Shown here: positions 54,566 through 64,000 of the stretch, piece by piece | Layout of the letters: every line of letters starts with the position of its first letter | Position numbering within the stretch: position 1 is the first letter of the stretch | DNA from: Deltaproteobacteria bacterium | Lineage (GTDB): Bacteria; Desulfobacterota; Desulfobulbia; Desulfobulbales; SURF-16 | Direction: 5' to 3' | DNA: 64,000 nucleotides | Assembly: GCA_024277655.1 (NCBI GenBank) | Contig: JAJRUT010000056.1 | Coordinates: 3,683-67,682 of the forward strand | Notes under the pieces: model-generated | Databases searched by the model: none | Told to the model about the DNA's origin: nothing | Seen by the model: only the letters and a program-made list of their open reading frames with translations | Position numbers and translations under genes: made by a program

Positions 54566-55747
54566 CTAGGAAAAACCATCATTTTTGCCATAGGTTGATT
54601 CCTCCTGCATAGCCAGTCCGGTAATAGAGGTGGTGGCTTCTCCCTGGGAGGCCTTGATCTGGTCGAGACCCCGGCCCATGACGTTGGTCTGACTACAATA
54701 GGCCAGGGCATCCTCTGCTGAAACTACGCCTTGTTCAAATAAGCTAAGAATATGTTGGTCAAAGGTGGTCATACCATGGGCTATCCCATCAGTAATAATA
54801 TTATAAAAGGTCTTATCTTCTGTCTCGCCATTTAAGATGAGATCACGGCTACGCAGGGTGAGTTTCAGGATCTCAAAAGAGGCTACTCGCCCGCCACCTA
54901 TTTTAGGGAGCAGACGCTGGCCAACAACCCAGCGCAGGGTATCCGCCAAACGGTTTCTGATCTGGGGCTGTTCTTCATGTTCAAACATGCCGAGGCACCG
55001 GTTGATGGTGGCACCGGCATCAATGGTGTGCAGAGTGGAGAGGACAAGGTGACCTGTTTCAGCTGCGGTGAGACCAATCTCCATGGTTTCCCGGTCGCGC
55101 ATCTCACCAACCAAAATAACCTTCGGTGCCTGACGCAGGGCGGCGCGCAGACCATTGGAAAAGCTGTCAAAGTCCTGACCGAGTTCCCGTTGGTTAAAGG
55201 TGGCCTTATGGTGGGGGTGGACAAATTCTATGGGATCCTCAAGGGTAATAACGTGGGCGGCCCGTTCGCGGTTTATCTTCTCAAGCAGGGCGGCCAGCGT
55301 CGTTGATTTACCAGAACCTGTAGCACCGGTAACGAGAATAAAACCATTGAGCTCTTTTGCCATCTCATGCATGGCAGGAGGCAGGTTCATCTCATCAATG
55401 GTTGGGATAACGGTGGGCAGTTTCCGTAAGACGATGGAGTAATTGCCCCGTTGTGAGAATATATTGACCCTGAATCTGGCCCGCGACCCCAGGCGGTAGG
55501 ATAGATCACAGGAGCCAGTCCTTGCGAGATCGGCAAGAAGTCGTTTGTTGCCGGAGATAAGATTGAGGGCAAAAATCTCGGTCTGAAATGAGGTCAGCTT
55601 CACCACATTTGGTTCAACCTTGACGGGGATAAGCTTACCCGAATATTCGACCTGTAGCGGTTTGTCCACTGTGATATTGAGATCTGAAACACCATCACCC
55701 ATATCCAGCATGGTGTTGATCCAGTAATCAATTTCTGTTTGTTTCAT
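54566..55747 (-). CDS. pilT: PilT-family type IV pilus retraction ATPase with C-terminal extension
   Basis: Walker A 'GATGSGKSTT', Walker B 'ILVGEMRD', 'TGHLVLSTLHT'. At 393 aa it is roughly 45 aa longer than typical PilT. Confidence 0.85.
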   Translation of the reverse strand: MKQTEIDYWINTMLDMGDGVSDLNITVDKPLQVEYSGKLIPVKVEPNVVKLTSFQTEIFALNLISGNKRLLADLARTGSCDLSYRLGSRARFRVNIFSQRGNYSIVLRKLPTVIPTIDEMNLPPAMHEMAKELNGFILVTGATGSGKSTTLAALLEKINRERAAHVITLEDPIEFVHPHHKATFNQRELGQDFDSFSNGLRAALRQAPKVILVGEMRDRETMEIGLTAAETGHLVLSTLHTIDAGATINRCLGMFEHEEQPQIRNRLADTLRWVVGQRLLPKIGGGRVASFEILKLTLRSRDLILNGETEDKTFYNIITDGIAHGMTTFDQHILSLFEQGVVSAEDALAYCSQTNVMGRGLDQIKASQGEATTSITGLAMQEESTYGKNDGFS

Positions 55748-55839
55748 AGAAAAATCCTGATTTTATTTTATGGCTCTGCAGTAATCGCGACCTCTTTCAA
55801 GGTGGTTATAATTCTACAGGGAACGGTTAATAATCACAA

Positions 55840-56964
55840 TCATTTGGGTAGTAAAACCCGCAGGCAGCCATTCTCTTGCATTTCTCCGGCCATTATTTCG
55901 GCTATTCTGCCTCGGCCCATGAAAAGATCCACCCGACTGCGCCCCTTAATCGCGCTACCACTGTCCTGGTTTAACATAAAACGACTAAACTCCCGCCGGT
56001 GGAACGGGGCTCTTTCTTTATGTTGCTTAAGTGTGGTAACCGGTAGGGTGCCCTGCAGGTGAAAGAGAAGCCCCTGGGGGTAAAGATCAGGGTCAAGGGC
56101 AATGGAACGGTTGGGGGTGAGGGGGATATTAAAACTGCCGGTTGGGGACTCTGGCTCATGATTTGGCTTATCCATGGTGAAGTAGATAAAACGGGCATTG
56201 TTTTGCAGGAGTTCAGCTGTTTTTTTAGGGTTTGTTTCGGTGTAGTCCTTAATGGCTTGCATGGACATCTCCTCGCGCCTTATGATGTTTTGGTCAATCA
56301 GTACACGGCCAACGGAGGTGTATGGATGACCGTTACTCCCCTGGTAATGAATTTGGCGCTTGCTACCATCGGCAAAGGTGAGAATGGCAGAACCCTGGAT
56401 ATGGATGGTAAAAGCGGTGAAGGGATCTTCCAAAAAAACCAGCTCATCGCCCTGTAAAATATTGGAGGTTTCAATGGTTTTCCGGGAAGATTTGAACCGT
56501 TGCAATCTTCGGCCTTGGGGCATGGTGTAGAGGGGGGTTGGAAACTGTTTTGTTTTACTGAGGCTTGCTGGCACAGTTGGCTCATAATAGCCGGTAATTA
56601 GAACCGGGGTTGGGGTGCAGAAGGTAAAGTTGTTGTTAATGTAGGTGGAAATTTCACTATCGGTGTGGGTGGGGATATATACCTGTAGCCCGTTATATGC
56701 CTGAATGAGGGCAGGGGTTAAGATGGTTTGCCCGCAGACCTTTAGCTGCTTGGCTGCTGTGCTTTGCAATCTTTTGATATTTGTAGCCAGGCTCCCTGCG
56801 AGATTTTCATAAAATAGGTCATCACAGCAGGTTCTGGGGTTGTCCGGTTGCCATGGATCCTGGCATTCTTCTGCTACTGTTTGCTGGGCCAGACAGGTGA
56901 GGAGGAGCAGGAGGAGGTTAACCCCTGTTAAGAGTCCAACGTGTCTGGTTGTTTTTACGACCAT
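55840..56964 (-). CDS. mltA: membrane-bound lytic murein transglycosylase A (MltA)
   Basis: MltA and 3D domains ('SIALDPDLYPQG', 'QDSGSAIKGRSRVDLFMG'). ATG at 56964 preferred over the GTG at 57003. Confidence 0.8.
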   Translation of the reverse strand: MVVKTTRHVGLLTGVNLLLLLLTCLAQQTVAEECQDPWQPDNPRTCCDDLFYENLAGSLATNIKRLQSTAAKQLKVCGQTILTPALIQAYNGLQVYIPTHTDSEISTYINNNFTFCTPTPVLITGYYEPTVPASLSKTKQFPTPLYTMPQGRRLQRFKSSRKTIETSNILQGDELVFLEDPFTAFTIHIQGSAILTFADGSKRQIHYQGSNGHPYTSVGRVLIDQNIIRREEMSMQAIKDYTETNPKKTAELLQNNARFIYFTMDKPNHEPESPTGSFNIPLTPNRSIALDPDLYPQGLLFHLQGTLPVTTLKQHKERAPFHRREFSRFMLNQDSGSAIKGRSRVDLFMGRGRIAEIMAGEMQENGCLRVLLPK

Positions 56965-57130
56965 TTTTATCTTGACCTGAAGGGGGGAGATTGGTACTCG
57001 CACAGTTGTATGTTTTGTGATTTACTGTTAGGACAGCCACGAATAAATAATAGCACAAGGTTCTCTTTTTACCACCTCTTTAAACCGGTGGAGAGATGGC
57101 TTTTATCACCCCTTACTTAACGTTGGAGAC

Positions 57131-59116
57131 ATGATGAGCGCTGATAATAAAATTGAAAGTATGATGACTGAAAATCGCATTTTCGAACCATCCAAGGACG
57201 CTGCCGCCACTGCCCATATCAAGAGTATGGACGAGTATAAGGCGATTTACAAACGCTCCATCGAAGATCCGGAAGGTTTTTGGGCGGAGCGGGCAAGTGA
57301 GCTGATTACCTGGGATAAGCCGTGGGATACCGTCCTTGATGCCGATATGATTACCCCTGATATTAAGTGGTTCGATGGCGCTAAACTCAATGTTTCCACC
57401 AACTGTCTGGATCGGCATTTAACTGATGGTCGGCGCAATAAGGCGGCCATCATTTGGCAGGGTGAACCGGAAGAGGATGTGCGGATATTCACCTATCAGA
57501 TGCTTCACCGTGAGGTCTGCCGCTTTGCCAATGTCTTAAAATCCCACGGGGTTAAACGTGGTGATCGGGTGGCGGTGTATTTACCCATGGTTCCCGAGCT
57601 TGCCATTACGCTTCTGGCCTGCACCCGTATCGGGGCGATTCACTCGGTGGTTTTTGCCGGTTTCTCGGCCCAGTCTCTGCGTAGTCGGGTTCAGGATTGC
57701 GAAGCCAAGGTCGTGGTTACTGCTGATGCGGTTATTCGGGCCGGGAAGTCTATTCCTCTCAAGAAAAATGCTGATGAAGCCCTGGAAGATTGTGATTCAG
57801 TTGAAAAATGTATCATAGTTAGTCGCGCTGGCCTTGAAGTTTCAATGCAGGATGGCCGCGATTTTTGGTGGGACGATGTTGTGAATGCTGACGGGATCAC
57901 CGATGATTGTCCGCCAGAATCGATGGATGCCGAAGATGATCTGTTTATTCTCTACACCTCAGGCTCAACAGGTAAGCCCAAGGGGGTAGTTCACACCACT
58001 GGTGGCTATCTTACCTATGTGGCCCACACCAGCCAATGGGTTTTTGATCTGAAGGATGATGATGTATATTGGTGTACTGCCGATATCGGCTGGATCACCG
58101 GTCATTCTTATATTTTATATGGGCCTCTCGCCTTAGGGGCAACCTCGCTTATGTTTGAAGGTGTTCCCTCATATCCGGGGCCGGATCGTTTCTGGAAGAT
58201 TGTCGAAAAATTCAAGGTTAATATCTTTTACACCGCACCAACCGTTATTCGGGCCCTTATGCGTGATGGAGAGGAACCAACCAGGAAGTATGATCTCTCC
58301 TCCCTGCGTCTCTTGGGTTCTGTGGGGGAACCCATCAACCCCGAGGCATGGATGTGGTATCACACCAATATCGGTGGCGGGAAACTGCCCATTGTCGATA
58401 CTTGGTGGCAGACCGAGACTGGCGGTATCATGATGTCGCCACTGCCCTTTGCCACCCCGCTTAAACCCGGCTCCTGCACCTTACCACTGCCCGGGATTGA
58501 TGTTGCCGTTTTTGATGAAGAGGGTAATGAGGTCGGGCCAAATGAAGGGGGGAGCCTGGTTGTCCGGCAGCCATGGCCCGGCATTCTCCGGGGTGTCTTC
58601 GGGGATCCTGAACGTTATAAGAAGACCTATTTTTCCAAGTTTGAGGGGATGTACGATCCTGAAGACGGGGTTCGCCGCGATGAAGATGGTTATTTTTGGA
58701 TCATGGGGCGTCTTGATGACGTGATTAATGTTTCCGGTCATCGCCTTGGCACGGCCGAGATTGAATCGGCCCTTGTTAGTCATGCAGCCGTTGTTGAGGC
58801 GGCGGTTGTCGGCGCACCACATCCGATTAAAGGTCAGACTATCTACTCCTTTGTGTCACTTAAAGCTGGAATTGCAGGGACGGATGAACTGGCTAAGGAG
58901 CTACGGATGCATGTCCGTAAGGAGATTGGCCCCATTGCCAGCCCTGAATTTGTGCAATTCGCCGATGGCTTGCCAAAGACCCGGTCCGGTAAGATCATGC
59001 GCCGTATTCTGCGGAAGATTTCGGCCGATCAGGATGATTTCGGCGATACCTCCACCCTTGCCGATCCTGCTGTCGTTGATGTTCTGGTGGCTGGAGCGCA
59101 GGCGCTGAAAAAATAA
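57131..59116 (+). CDS. acs: acetyl-CoA synthetase (AMP-forming)
   Basis: '[11 protein letters not shown]', 'WWQTETGG', '[11 protein letters not shown]'. About 660 aa. Confidence 0.95.
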   Translation: MMSADNKIESMMTENRIFEPSKDAAATAHIKSMDEYKAIYKRSIEDPEGFWAERASELITWDKPWDTVLDADMITPDIKWFDGAKLNVSTNCLDRHLTDGRRNKAAIIWQGEPEEDVRIFTYQMLHREVCRFANVLKSHGVKRGDRVAVYLPMVPELAITLLACTRIGAIHSVVFAGFSAQSLRSRVQDCEAKVVVTADAVIRAGKSIPLKKNADEALEDCDSVEKCIIVSRAGLEVSMQDGRDFWWDDVVNADGITDDCPPESMDAEDDLFILYTSGSTGKPKGVVHTTGGYLTYVAHTSQWVFDLKDDDVYWCTADIGWITGHSYILYGPLALGATSLMFEGVPSYPGPDRFWKIVEKFKVNIFYTAPTVIRALMRDGEEPTRKYDLSSLRLLGSVGEPINPEAWMWYHTNIGGGKLPIVDTWWQTETGGIMMSPLPFATPLKPGSCTLPLPGIDVAVFDEEGNEVGPNEGGSLVVRQPWPGILRGVFGDPERYKKTYFSKFEGMYDPEDGVRRDEDGYFWIMGRLDDVINVSGHRLGTAEIESALVSHAAVVEAAVVGAPHPIKGQTIYSFVSLKAGIAGTDELAKELRMHVRKEIGPIASPEFVQFADGLPKTRSGKIMRRILRKISADQDDFGDTSTLADPAVVDVLVAGAQALKK

Positions 59117-59148
59117 CCATTTTTCTTTAGCACTGGAAGTAAAAAAAA

Positions 59149-59181
59149 CCTGTGTCGCTTGAGTGATACAGGGTTTTTTTT
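59149..59181 (+). terminator. rho-independent terminator
   Basis: Stem cctgtgtc/gatacagg (one G-U pair) followed by T8. Confidence 0.7.
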
Positions 59182-59287
59182 GTTTTTGGCGGAACAATTA
59201 AGCGCCACATTGGTATATCGTGGTACATAGTAGGGCTCGGAGTTTTGAGTTGGTTTATGGCCTTAATCTTTAAATGTAGAAAACGCG

Positions 59288-59947
59288 ATGACAACGTGGC
59301 AAATAAAAAATAGGGGTATGGACTTGCAGCCACCCCTCGTGGTTCTTCCCGGTTGGGGGTTTACGGGGGCAGTGTTTACTGAACACCCGGTCTTTTCCTC
59401 GGAAAACCTGATCACCTGCATGGACTTTCCTACCCCCTTGATGCTGACGGAGTTGCTTGATTTTTTAGACGCCAGGCAGATTGATAGAGTGCGGGTTTTG
59501 GGCTGGTCAATGGGGGGGAATCTGGCTATTGATCTGGCCCTTAAGCACCCACAATATATCGCATCCCTTACGCTTGTGGCGGTGCGCCGGAGTTGGCCTG
59601 GTGATGAGGTTGCTGTTACCAGGCAAGGGTTGTTGGTACCGGAACAGGGGCTGGTAAAATTCCACAGGAAATGTTTTTTAGGGGCGAAAAAAGAGTATAA
59701 CCGGGTTCTGCCTCTACTTACCCTGCCGGAGGGTGAGGCAGAGCTTGCCGTTCTTGATGGCGGCTTGGCGTATCTTGCCTCCTACGCCATGCCTAAATCC
59801 CTGCCGTTTCCAGTGAAGATCATTCAGGGCGATAAAGATGTTGTTTGTCCCCAGTCTGAAATGGTAAAGTTTGCCTCAAAAACGGAAACGCTCATCCTGG
59901 CCGGGGCGGGACATTTCCTCTTCTCTCATCCTGAGTTTACGCTATGA
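59288..59947 (+). CDS. alpha/beta hydrolase, BioH-like pimeloyl-ACP methyl ester esterase candidate
   Basis: Nucleophile elbow 'GWSMGG'. ATGA overlap with bioC. Confidence 0.6.
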   Translation: MTTWQIKNRGMDLQPPLVVLPGWGFTGAVFTEHPVFSSENLITCMDFPTPLMLTELLDFLDARQIDRVRVLGWSMGGNLAIDLALKHPQYIASLTLVAVRRSWPGDEVAVTRQGLLVPEQGLVKFHRKCFLGAKKEYNRVLPLLTLPEGEAELAVLDGGLAYLASYAMPKSLPFPVKIIQGDKDVVCPQSEMVKFASKTETLILAGAGHFLFSHPEFTL

Positions 59948-60717
59948 TTCGTCGCAAACAAGAGATACGCAAACGCTTTGACCGGGCGGCCGCAACCTAC
60001 GATGGTTACGCTGATGTGCAGCAGGAGACAGCTGCGGAATTATGTTCTTTGTTGGTGGGCCATAGTCCCAAAACGGTTCTTGAACTGGGGTGCGGTACCG
60101 GTGGCTTTACGCAAATGTTGGTGGATCTCTTGCCTGGGGCATCCTTTACTGGTCTTGATTTCTCTGGGGCCATGGTCGCTAAGGCCAAGGCGAAAAACAG
60201 AGGCGCAAAGACCAAGTTTTACTGCGTTGATTGTGAGGAGTATCTTGCGGAGACGCGGAAACAGTTTAATTGCATCTGTGCAAACGCCACTTTCCAGTGG
60301 TTTCAGGAACCGGCCCTCGTTCTTCAGCATATTCAGCGCTCTCTTGCGCCCCAGGGGATGTTTGTGGCCTCGGTATTTGGCCCCGATAGTTTGGCTGAGC
60401 TTGGCGCCGGATTGCAGGCTGTAATGGGGCAAGAATACACCTTGGCTTCACCGCAATTTCTGGGCAAAAAACAGCTCCACACTCTATGTCACAGGTTCTG
60501 CGAGGTGGAGATTTATGAACGGGTCTACGAACGGAGCTATGCCACTATTTACGATTTACTCAAGGTTATAAAGTATACCGGCACCGGGGGCTATCATCCC
60601 CTTGTACCCCGTTTTAATAAAACGAATTTACAAAATCTTAGCGACTGGTTTATGGCCCGTGGTGGTTTTACGGTGCAGTATCAGGTCTTTTTTCTAAAGG
60701 CCCGGAAGGGGGAATAG
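59944..60717 (+). CDS. bioC: malonyl-ACP O-methyltransferase BioC
   Basis: 'FDRAAATYDGYADVQQ' and 'VLELGCGTG'. Confidence 0.8.
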   Translation: MIRRKQEIRKRFDRAAATYDGYADVQQETAAELCSLLVGHSPKTVLELGCGTGGFTQMLVDLLPGASFTGLDFSGAMVAKAKAKNRGAKTKFYCVDCEEYLAETRKQFNCICANATFQWFQEPALVLQHIQRSLAPQGMFVASVFGPDSLAELGAGLQAVMGQEYTLASPQFLGKKQLHTLCHRFCEVEIYERVYERSYATIYDLLKVIKYTGTGGYHPLVPRFNKTNLQNLSDWFMARGGFTVQYQVFFLKARKGE

Positions 60718-61389
60718 ATGGCGGAGAAAATCTTTATAACCGGCACGGATACGGATATTGGCAAGACCGTGGTGAGTGCTCTTCTTGCGGGTTATCTTCG
60801 TGAGCAGGGAATTAATTGCGGGTATCTAAAGCTTGTGAGTTGTGGTGGCGATGGGTGTGGCGATTGTACCTATGTCCGGAATCTGGCTGGAGTTCCGGTG
60901 CATAATGTCTATCATTTTCCCCTGCCGGCCTCCCCCCACCTTGCTGCAGAGCAGGCCGGGGAGACCATTGATGTGCGTAAGTTTGACCGGGCTATGGAGC
61001 AGATGGGAAATAAGCACGATCTGCTCCTTATAGAGGGTGCGGGGGGGCTCCTTGTGCCCCTGACCAGGTCTCTGCTGTTGGGGGATTATATGGCGGGCCA
61101 AGATGTCCAGACCTTGGTGGTCACGAGGTCTGGTCTGGGAACCATCAATCAGACCCTTTTAACCCTTGCAGCCCTTGAACAGCGTGGTTTTTCTCCTCTG
61201 GGGTTGGTCTTCAACGATGAACATCTGTATGCTGAGGATGATTTGCTGGTGGTTGATAATCAGCATCTTCTCGGGGATCTGTCTCTGGTGCCTGTTCTGG
61301 GCAGAGTGCATCGTTTTGATTCGTGGGATAGGGGACGTCAGGCATTTCAAACGATTGGTCAGGAATTTTTGATGCGTCTTCGTGGATGA
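60718..61389 (+). CDS. bioD: dethiobiotin synthase BioD
   Basis: 'IFITGTDTDIGKTVVS' P-loop and 'EGAGGLLVP'. Confidence 0.9.
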   Translation: MAEKIFITGTDTDIGKTVVSALLAGYLREQGINCGYLKLVSCGGDGCGDCTYVRNLAGVPVHNVYHFPLPASPHLAAEQAGETIDVRKFDRAMEQMGNKHDLLLIEGAGGLLVPLTRSLLLGDYMAGQDVQTLVVTRSGLGTINQTLLTLAALEQRGFSPLGLVFNDEHLYAEDDLLVVDNQHLLGDLSLVPVLGRVHRFDSWDRGRQAFQTIGQEFLMRLRG

Positions 61390-61544
61390 CAGTTATCTAG
61401 GCCTCTCTTTGGGTGGCAAAAATCATGGTTTGTTGCATCTTTCCGCGAGGTTTTATACGACTTTTGGCGTCGCCATGCTTATGGTGTAGGTACGGAGTTG
61501 TTTGGCTGTTCACAGGTTAGATTCTTACTCAAGGAGGTTATGCC

Positions 61545-61979
61545 ATGTATGCTATTAAAAAGATTTTGGTTCCCATTGATTCCTTTGAAAATTCCAGTGG
61601 CCTGGTTGATTACGCGAGGTTTTATGCCGATAAGTTTGGCGCAAGCCTTACTTTTATCCATGTTCTGGAAAACCCTATGGCCTATGATGGCTTTTCGGTG
61701 ATGGAATTTGAGGTGGAGCTTTTGAAGCATGTTGAACGGAATATGCGTAGTTTTGTCAGTACGCTTAATGATGGCGGCTTGGCCTGTGATGGGGTTGTTG
61801 TAAGCGGTTTTGCCCCTGCGGAAATAGTTGATTTTGCCGAGACCAAGGGTATTGACTTGATCGTGATTGGCTCTCATCGCTACAATGTTTTTGAAAAATT
61901 TATCCTTGGTAGCGTGGCGGAGAAGGTGGCGCATAGGGCCCATTGTCCTGTGGTCATTTATAACGGTCAAGATGATTGA
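61545..61979 (+). CDS. universal stress protein (UspA family)
   Basis: 'ILVPIDSFENS' and 'DLIVIGSHRYNVFEKFILGSVAEKVAHRAHCPVVI'. Confidence 0.85.
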   Translation: MYAIKKILVPIDSFENSSGLVDYARFYADKFGASLTFIHVLENPMAYDGFSVMEFEVELLKHVERNMRSFVSTLNDGGLACDGVVVSGFAPAEIVDFAETKGIDLIVIGSHRYNVFEKFILGSVAEKVAHRAHCPVVIYNGQDD

Positions 61980-61994
61980 TGGCTTTTGGCGCGC

Positions 61995-62207
61995 TTATTC
62001 TCTCGTTTCAGGAACACCCAGGGCTTTAAGGAAGAGGGCCATGGGACAGAACTTTGTAAAGCCAAACTGTAAGAGGTTGGCGCCGACAAAGGCTGTGCCA
62101 AAGAGGAAGTACTCGTGCACGAAAATGGGGCTTGCTGTGACGCCAAGTCCCAAGGTGATGAGGATAAAAAATCCGGCAATGGAGTGAACCCAGTCTGTAA
62201 TAGTCAT
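61995..62207 (-). CDS. DUF2892/YgaP-like small membrane protein
   Basis: 70 aa, two TM segments, 'GANLLQFGFTKFCP' motif. Confidence 0.6.
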   Translation of the reverse strand: MTITDWVHSIAGFFILITLGLGVTASPIFVHEYFLFGTAFVGANLLQFGFTKFCPMALFLKALGVPETRE

Positions 62208-62401
62208 GTTTTTGTTCTCTTTTTTGAGGGTTGATTGAAGCCGCCATCTCTTAATAGCTCAAACTGCAAGTTTTGCCATTTCACTTAATTCTGAAACCTT
62301 ATAAGCCTGAAGTCAATATGGTTGACTTTGGTTTAGTCCGTAATAACAACGTAATTCCTAAAGGCGGGCTATCCACTTAAATATGCCAAGTGGGAAAGTT
62401 G

Positions 62402-63670
62402 TTAATAATTATAACGTAAGCCCATATACGCGTTGCTGTTGTCTTCAAACTGACCGAAGAAGGTATGTAGCTTCTTGCCGATAAAGATATTGCCGCCTGC
62501 TTCAAGACGCCAGTTGTCCGTCATTTTATACTGGGCCTTGGGGCGCAGGTAGGCATCGTCATCGGAGGGAGAGTAGTAACCAAAGAAGGATAGGGTCAGG
62601 TTCTGGTTCATCAGGAGTTTGGTAAGTCTCAGGGTGAGGACGGAGCGGTATTCGTCCTTTTTGGTTGTACCAGGAGCGAGACTGTTTTCGTAATTGCTGT
62701 AATCCTGCATCCACTCCAGATAATACTGAACAGAGGCTGTGAGCTCCTTGCCGATTTCCCGTTCAAAGCCTGCCAGAAAGCGCACCTCATCATTGCGGGT
62801 TAGGGGGTCTTTACCGTTGTCAGATTGGCGGGAGTAATAATAACCTGTTTCCAGATGACCGATACCCCCCAGGAGCTGGTTGCGTAGCGATCCGCCATAC
62901 ACAGACAGACGCGGGTAACGAAGTCTGTAGTTTGTGGTCATACCCTCCGGGGTTTTCCAGAAACCGTGGTAGCCGTACAGTGCAAGTTCAATGCTGCCGA
63001 CATTTTTAAATATTCTTAAGGCATATTCACTGTCGCGCCCGGTGGAATTGCGTTTCTCTAGGCCAAACTGATCGTTTTGGCCGCCAAGTTGTCCGTTTAG
63101 CGGATTCCAGAAGCTGAGCCGTTCACCACTTATATATTCTGAGGGCTCAAAGGTCGGGGTGTAGATAAAATCTATATTTGCCGTGTTGTAGAACAGACTG
63201 GTTTTGACAGCGTTGGCTGGGGCCTTTAAATATTCATCATCGCGCCCGATGAAAAACGCTTGCCAGTCCTTGGGAAAGAGATCGTTGATAAAGAGCATAT
63301 CTCCTGTCCCCCAGGTGAGGATCTGCTGACCGAGTTTTATGTCCATATTATTCAGCGGAGAAAAGAGCAGGCTGAACTCCCGAAATTCCCCCCCCGTTTC
63401 AAAGGTGACCTCATCGTGAAATAGATCTCCCTTTAGTTTGACGACACCCCAGTCAAGATCTTTGGCGAGATCCACCTGGAGGCGCACCTCGGCCAGAGAC
63501 TCGTCTTTCTGGTGCGGGTCGTTCTGGGTTCGCATGCCGTAGCGGGTCTCGATAAAACCGGCAAGATCGATGCCGGTTGTGGCATAGAGATGATCCTTTA
63601 TATCATCCATGGAGGCCTGGGCTGGCTGGACGAAGATGAAAATGCAGAGGATAGTTTTGAGGATTTTCAC
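62402..63670 (-). CDS. outer-membrane beta-barrel protein, unknown function
   Basis: Signal peptide 'MKILKTILCIFIFVQPAQA', Tyr/Gly-rich amphipathic strands, C-terminal 'GLRYNY'. Confidence 0.55.
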   Translation of the reverse strand: MKILKTILCIFIFVQPAQASMDDIKDHLYATTGIDLAGFIETRYGMRTQNDPHQKDESLAEVRLQVDLAKDLDWGVVKLKGDLFHDEVTFETGGEFREFSLLFSPLNNMDIKLGQQILTWGTGDMLFINDLFPKDWQAFFIGRDDEYLKAPANAVKTSLFYNTANIDFIYTPTFEPSEYISGERLSFWNPLNGQLGGQNDQFGLEKRNSTGRDSEYALRIFKNVGSIELALYGYHGFWKTPEGMTTNYRLRYPRLSVYGGSLRNQLLGGIGHLETGYYYSRQSDNGKDPLTRNDEVRFLAGFEREIGKELTASVQYYLEWMQDYSNYENSLAPGTTKKDEYRSVLTLRLTKLLMNQNLTLSFFGYYSPSDDDAYLRPKAQYKMTDNWRLEAGGNIFIGKKLHTFFGQFEDNSNAYMGLRYNY

Positions 63671-63682
63671 TTAAAAAACCTC

Positions 63683-64000
63683 CTATTTCCGTGCTTCTCT
63701 AGGGGGTCTACGCAAATAACGCTCGGTAAACAGCGATTTCTCAAGGCCTAGGTCATATTTAATTTTGCTAAAGGTGGCAATGGTGGAGCCACCACTGTTT
63801 AAATCGCTGATCTTTGACTTGGTTACGGTGACAAATCCCTGAATAGTCTTGGACTCGAGAACTTCCATAGTACGGTATTTTTTCCCTGTCTTGTCAAAAT
63901 ACTCAGCTTTTACCGGGAGGAAACTACCCTTGTCTATCCAGACGGAGTATGAGGAGAACTCAACTTCATCCGGTCTTTTTGGCGTATTTTTGATGATATA
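63683..64000 (-). CDS. LolA-like outer-membrane lipoprotein-sorting family protein, C-terminal part (5' end beyond window)
   Basis: The frame is open to the window edge: 'YIIKNTPKRPDEVEFSSYSVWIDKGSFLPVKAEYFDKTGKKYRTMEVLESKTIQGF...'. It is 12 nt upstream of the barrel gene. Confidence 0.55.
   Translation of the reverse strand, partial: YIIKNTPKRPDEVEFSSYSVWIDKGSFLPVKAEYFDKTGKKYRTMEVLESKTIQGFVTVTKSKISDLNSGGSTIATFSKIKYDLGLEKSLFTERYLRRPPREARK

Noticed and set aside
1-64000. Searched for mobile elements, CRISPR arrays, tRNA/rRNA genes and defence-system signatures.
   Set aside because: I saw no transposase or integrase motifs, no spacer-repeat arrays, no tRNA cloverleaf candidates and no recognisable restriction, Cas, abortive-infection or toxin-antitoxin genes. 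The one exception is a weak HsdR-N-like small protein at 44933-45508.

Overview
A gene-dense, mostly housekeeping chromosomal window. Multihaem cytochromes, a RACo/methyltransferase pair and a T2SS with PilMNOP-like parts suggest a Desulfobacterota-type anaerobe, but that taxonomic guess is low confidence. In order, the window holds a SAM methyltransferase and yjbQ, then a czcCBA-type RND metal-efflux operon. That operon is preceded by two small exported proteins and followed by an ECF sigma / zinc-finger anti-sigma pair and a TPR+beta-barrel outer-membrane protein. Next come a HAMP class III nucleotide cyclase coupled to a lipoprotein, a secreted Asp/His/Met tandem-repeat protein, a PilZ protein, a UbiD-family decarboxylase, rluB, an IHF/HU gene, a TPR protein and a porin-like OMP. 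A 10-kb minus-strand type II secretion cluster follows, in the order gspE-F-H-J-I...L-M-C-D-G. After it lie a chimeric sigma-54-AAA+/5xCxxCH ORF, an AMIN+secretin-N0 orphan, queC, nagZ, an HPF-cold-shock fusion, nadA interrupted by an in-frame TGA, and glmS. The rest is a RACo-like activator plus a pterin-binding methyltransferase, class II DAHP synthase, an 11-12-haem cytochrome c, hisD, rsmG, cobQ, cbiB, pilT, mltA, acs, bioH-like/bioC/bioD, a usp gene and a LolA-like/beta-barrel pair. I found no rRNA, tRNA, CRISPR array, transposase or integrase. I cannot point to one clear novel system. The items most worth a second look are the chimeric AAA+/cytochrome ORF, the in-frame TGA in nadA, the non-canonical T2SS with an ORF-free gap carrying interleaved inverted repeats, the roughly 400-bp structured non-coding region between hisD and rsmG, and the secreted acidic repeat protein. 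All domain calls come from motif recognition by eye; no database search was run.
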